A stretch of DNA of 64,000 nt, taken from an uncultured delta proteobacterium (GTDB taxonomy: Bacteria > Desulfobacterota > RBG-13-43-22). Below are positions 60,799-64,000 of this stretch, in pieces. The DNA lies in the NCBI GenBank assembly GCA_963802945.1, contig CAWDKY010000016.1:263287-327286 (forward strand), given 5' to 3'. Below the pieces are notes generated by a model that did not search any database, was not told the origin of the DNA, and was given only the letters and a program-made list of their open reading frames with translations. Each line of letters begins with the position of its first letter. Position 1 is the first letter of the stretch. The translations under genes were made by a program, and so were the position numbers.

Positions 60799-60903
60799 AT
60801 GCGGGAGAAAGAGGACATGGAAAACCTGGCCCGCTATTTCATCCGGGTCTCTTTCTTATTGGAACAAATGACCTATTTCACAGTAGAGTCAGCAATGGTT
60901 TAG
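60799..60903 (+). mobile_element. short IS91-like transposase remnant
   Basis: MENLARYFIRVSFLLEQMTY resembles the ENLARYIIRASFSQERMTY segment I recall from IS91-family transposases. Confidence 0.5.
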
Positions 60904-61046
60904 CTTTTTTTTGCACACTTCATCCAGTAATCGTTAATTCTCGGAACGACCTATTTAGAAGAGTTGTACACTTCATGCCGCATATTTGAAACTGTCCGTC
61001 AAATCAAATACCAGTTAAGATACGTCATCCAATTTTTAGGATTTTT

Positions 61047-61553
61047 TTATCTGCCGGCATCGATTGCTTTGGACATAAAGAGGACCTCGAACGGGAGATG
61101 AGGGAAGGTGGCTTTCTTTTGGTCAACGAACCCGATCTTCTTGTACCAATCCTTCAGTTCAATATGAGCGGCAATGATGCCGATGTCTACTTGGTGTGCA
61201 CCTAATGCCCTGGCCTCGTCAAGAACGTGATCAACAAGTGCCCGGCCATAACCTCGGCGTTGTTGGGCCGGAAGGACGGCCAGTCGTTCGAGATAGCATA
61301 CTTCGGGGTTGGCCTGTTCCAAGGCCACGCAACCGCAGGGAAGCCCTTCCGACTCAAGGATAAAATACCGGGCTCCCTTGGCCAAGGCATCTTGGATCCA
61401 GTCGGCTCTGCAGTTGGAGGGGTGAGTCGGGCAGTTGGCTTCGCTCAGGCTGAAACGGACGGCCACCTCATAAAACGCCTTCCTGATAATCTCGACCATC
61501 CTGGGAATGTCTGCTTCATTGGCTTTTCTGATTGTGATTTCGGGGGTCATCAT
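61047..61553 (-). CDS. GNAT acetyltransferase
   Basis: YLERLAVLPAQQRRGYGRALV, WYKKIGF. Confidence 0.88.
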   Translation of the reverse strand: MMTPEITIRKANEADIPRMVEIIRKAFYEVAVRFSLSEANCPTHPSNCRADWIQDALAKGARYFILESEGLPCGCVALEQANPEVCYLERLAVLPAQQRRGYGRALVDHVLDEARALGAHQVDIGIIAAHIELKDWYKKIGFVDQKKATFPHLPFEVLFMSKAIDAGR

Positions 61554-61630
61554 CCAAAATATTTTCTCTTTAATCGATCTTCCTGATTTTTTCTTAAGGC
61601 AGGACGCCAGCCAAAAATGTTCCTACTATT

Positions 61631-62443
61631 TCACTTCGGCGATTTAGTATACCGCCGGAGAAAGGATTTAACCATGTTTTCTGAAGAAAATTGCTGTTGG
61701 GTTCTTTGAGCAGTGGGATTTTCTTCCCCGAAGACCCGCTGTCGTATAGCGGCTGTATTCAGGCCTTTTTTATACAGGGCTTCAACCCTTTTGCCCAAAG
61801 CCTCAAGGTGCACGATAGCCTTTCCCAGCTTTTCCATGGGTTCAATGATGACATTGCTTGGTGCCGGGAAAAGGATGTGGGGCTTTAAATCCCGTATAGT
61901 CTTAAGGTCTTCAATGATCTGCCATTGGTCATCCATGGGGCGACAAACAACGGGTTTCGTACCGACGTAAAGGTCGCCGGAAAAGAGCCATCGGCGGGTG
62001 GGTTCGAAAAGACAGATATGATCGCGGTCATGTCCCGGCGTGGGGATAACCTCAAATGAGAACTTTTCCGTGTTGATGCTATGACCCAGAGGATTAACCT
62101 GGCTGGGAATCGGGTATCCCCAGGCCTCTTCCTGGTAAGGATAGAGATTGGCCGGTTTATTGATTTTGTCCACTGAGAGCGGAGGTGCGAAGATCTCGAC
62201 ACCGTAACGTTCCTGGAGGAATTTGTTGGCCGCAATATGATCTTCGTGAAAGTGGGTGTTAACAACGATCCGGACCTGCTTATCTTTGAAAAAATCGGCC
62301 AGTTCTTCAGCCGTGTGGGCAGGGCCGCTGTCGATCAGTAAGCCGTCCACTAAGTAAGCGGACACGGTGGGGGCAGGAATTAATTCGGGGTATCTGCAAA
62401 GCCTGATCTGCAGGACATCTTCGTATTGTTGCGTTGCAATCAT
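61631..62443 (-). CDS. metallo-beta-lactamase fold hydrolase
   Basis: LIDSG, THFHEDH, TPGH..DH, LFSGD. Confidence 0.9.
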   Translation of the reverse strand: MIATQQYEDVLQIRLCRYPELIPAPTVSAYLVDGLLIDSGPAHTAEELADFFKDKQVRIVVNTHFHEDHIAANKFLQERYGVEIFAPPLSVDKINKPANLYPYQEEAWGYPIPSQVNPLGHSINTEKFSFEVIPTPGHDRDHICLFEPTRRWLFSGDLYVGTKPVVCRPMDDQWQIIEDLKTIRDLKPHILFPAPSNVIIEPMEKLGKAIVHLEALGKRVEALYKKGLNTAAIRQRVFGEENPTAQRTQQQFSSENMVKSFLRRYTKSPK

Positions 62444-62463
62444 TTGAATAATTGCTTTGGACT

Positions 62464-62576
62464 AAACCCTCAAGTCCCTATGGAGCATCACGAAATATGA
62501 AAATAAACCATAGAATGAAAAAATTAAGAGTTTATATTCTGAATTCTGACTCCTGGATTCTGGATTCTTGATTTCG
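62464..62576 (+). repeat. ~120-bp dispersed element, copy 3
   Basis: ccctcaagtccctatggagcatcacgaaatatgaaaataaacc ... ttaagagtttatattctgaattctgactcctggattctggattcttga. Confidence 0.8.
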
Positions 62577-62583
62577 TTTCACC

Positions 62584-62829
62584 TCATCCCCCTTCCATGA
62601 TGGGCAGTAATAGTACCTGATCCCCTTCCTTTAAGATGGTATGAAGGAAAACATTCTTGTGATTGACCATAATGGCCATCTGTTCGGTTTTTAAGGGGAG
62701 GTTGTTAAATTTCACACTGAGTGATTTCAGCAAATCTGCCACCGTGGCCTCATCGACTAAATCAACGGATGCTTGATCAGTCCCGGTGATTTGACGTAGA
62801 TAGGAAAAGAATTTAACGGTTACGTGCAT
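62584..62829 (-). CDS. MoaD/ThiS family sulfur carrier
   Basis: VTVKFF..LR, LKEGDQV.LLP..EGG C-terminal double glycine; follows aor. Confidence 0.9.
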   Translation of the reverse strand: MHVTVKFFSYLRQITGTDQASVDLVDEATVADLLKSLSVKFNNLPLKTEQMAIMVNHKNVFLHTILKEGDQVLLLPIMEGG

Positions 62830-62846
62830 GATTAAAAAAAGAAAAA

Positions 62847-62927
62847 AGTTCTGAGTTCAGAGTTTAAAGTTCGGAGAAAATCATTTTCATATTCCAAGGC
62901 CTCCAAAGTTTGGGTTTTGGAGGCCTT
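62847..62927. repeat. heptamer array (AGTTCRG) plus 12-bp hairpin between aor and the MoaD-like gene
   Basis: agttctgagttcagagtttaaagttcggag; aaggcctccaaa/tttggaggcctt at 62896-62927. Confidence 0.65.
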
Positions 62928-62940
62928 AGATAGGTATCAA

Positions 62941-63999
62941 TTACCCATGAAGATCTCGGATCACGTCATCCATCCCGCCCAGGGATTCGAGGGATTGTCG
63001 GCTGGGCTTTCCTGTTTCCGCATCCCAGTCCATGGCGGCAAAAAAGTTCTTCGCTAAGGCCTGGTGATCGATCGTGACTCCCGCAACGGGTCCTTCAGTC
63101 TGGGCCGGTTCACCGACCAACCTTTTTGGAACCCCAACATCCATGGGTTTTTGACCTTCACGGAGATTGAAGGCATGTCTCATATTAAAAATACGCATAG
63201 CGGCTTGCTTCTGAAAGGCCTCATCAAATTCCCAGCCGGTTACCGCCGCCAACATTTTTGGAATCATGTCCCTAAGACCGACAAACCCACCGAATAGGCA
63301 GCTACCGGAGGCATTGAGGATCTCCGTAGGGAGGGTTCTTTTTACATCGGTCGGGCCGGTGTTGCTGTAATCATACCTGTCCTGTTTGCGGGCCTGTCCC
63401 TGCCACGTTCCTCCTTTGACATGACGTCCGGGAGTCGGATCAATTTGATAAGTGCGGGCGTATCCCGGGGCGAGCTTGGCATCATGCATGGCCAGTTCAA
63501 TCCCTTTCACGGTCTGCAAATACTCTGCGCCTTTTCCCAATTTCTCTGCGGCCGCAGCGGAACCCAAAGCCAGTATTTTACCGAAGCCGGTTTGGTCGGC
63601 TATAGCCTGGGTCAGGTCCACAATGGCCTTGGCGTTACCCCAGGTCAGTTCGATACCGTCAGTTTCCTCCTTAGTAAAAATTCCGTTTTCATAACATTCG
63701 ATGGCCCAGGCTACCGTCCCCCCCACAGAAATCGTATCCAGGCCGTAGCGATTGCAGATGTCATTGCATTTAATGATCGACTCCACGTTGTCGTTCAGGC
63801 ACAAGGTGCCGAAGGCTCCCAAGCTCTCATACTCGGGCCGGTAGGTCTCTTTGAGCGGCCATTCGCCTTCTTTGACTTCATAATCGGCCCCGCAGCCAAT
63901 AACACAATTGGCGCAGGCATACTTCTTGGTCCTGTACTTCTTGTCCGCGTGAATGGTGTCCAGTTTATGAGCCCTTTCTTCACCGAAATCGACAATGCC
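62941..63999 (-). CDS. aldehyde:ferredoxin oxidoreductase family protein (5' end outside window)
   Basis: Frame open to the edge: CANCVIGCG, PEYESLG, CNRYGLDTIS, L.WG, VKGIEL.MHD, R.FNLREG, WD..TGKP. Confidence 0.92.
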   Translation of the reverse strand, partial: GIVDFGEERAHKLDTIHADKKYRTKKYACANCVIGCGADYEVKEGEWPLKETYRPEYESLGAFGTLCLNDNVESIIKCNDICNRYGLDTISVGGTVAWAIECYENGIFTKEETDGIELTWGNAKAIVDLTQAIADQTGFGKILALGSAAAAEKLGKGAEYLQTVKGIELAMHDAKLAPGYARTYQIDPTPGRHVKGGTWQGQARKQDRYDYSNTGPTDVKRTLPTEILNASGSCLFGGFVGLRDMIPKMLAAVTGWEFDEAFQKQAAMRIFNMRHAFNLREGQKPMDVGVPKRLVGEPAQTEGPVAGVTIDHQALAKNFFAAMDWDAETGKPSRQSLESLGGMDDVIRDLHG

Positions 64000-64000
64000 G

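Noticed and set aside
63795-63995. Apparent split of aor into two ORFs
   Set aside because: The aor frame is continuous to the window edge; the 66-aa ORF is an alternative-frame artefact.

Overview
64-kb chromosomal window of a Gram-negative anaerobe. Gene content (AOR, class III CoA-transferases, Fe-S proteins, rnj-ftsK-lolA) suggests Desulfobacterota/Deltaproteobacteria; this is an inference. The first ~18 kb is housekeeping and envelope DNA: lgt, tRNA-Arg(ACG), pncA, an mlaEFD-like MCE operon ending in a WP-repeat putative lipoprotein, and a minus-strand transglutaminase-ABC-plsC-rnj-ftsK-lolA run. From 18 to 43 kb lies a patchwork of mostly minus-strand accessory genes: hydrolases, GNATs, RNase D, a Ser/Ser DapF-like gene beside an atypical core MetE, and an uncharacterised hotdog/ferredoxin/Cys-rich operon. 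From 43 to 61 kb are CoA-dependent catabolic modules: a paired acyl-CoA dehydrogenase plus hotdog protein, and a Liv-type ABC importer plus two class III CoA-transferases. The window ends in aor-moaD. The most striking non-coding signal is a set of 7-mer and 8-mer tandem-repeat arrays, often as inverted pairs, between co-transcribed genes. One pair still encloses an internally deleted four-helix-bundle gene. Several MITE/REP-like families, a degenerate attC-like site and gene remnants are also present. Single-base frameshifts in ftsK and other genes suggest consensus indel errors, so pseudogene calls are provisional. All family assignments come from motif recognition; no database search was run.
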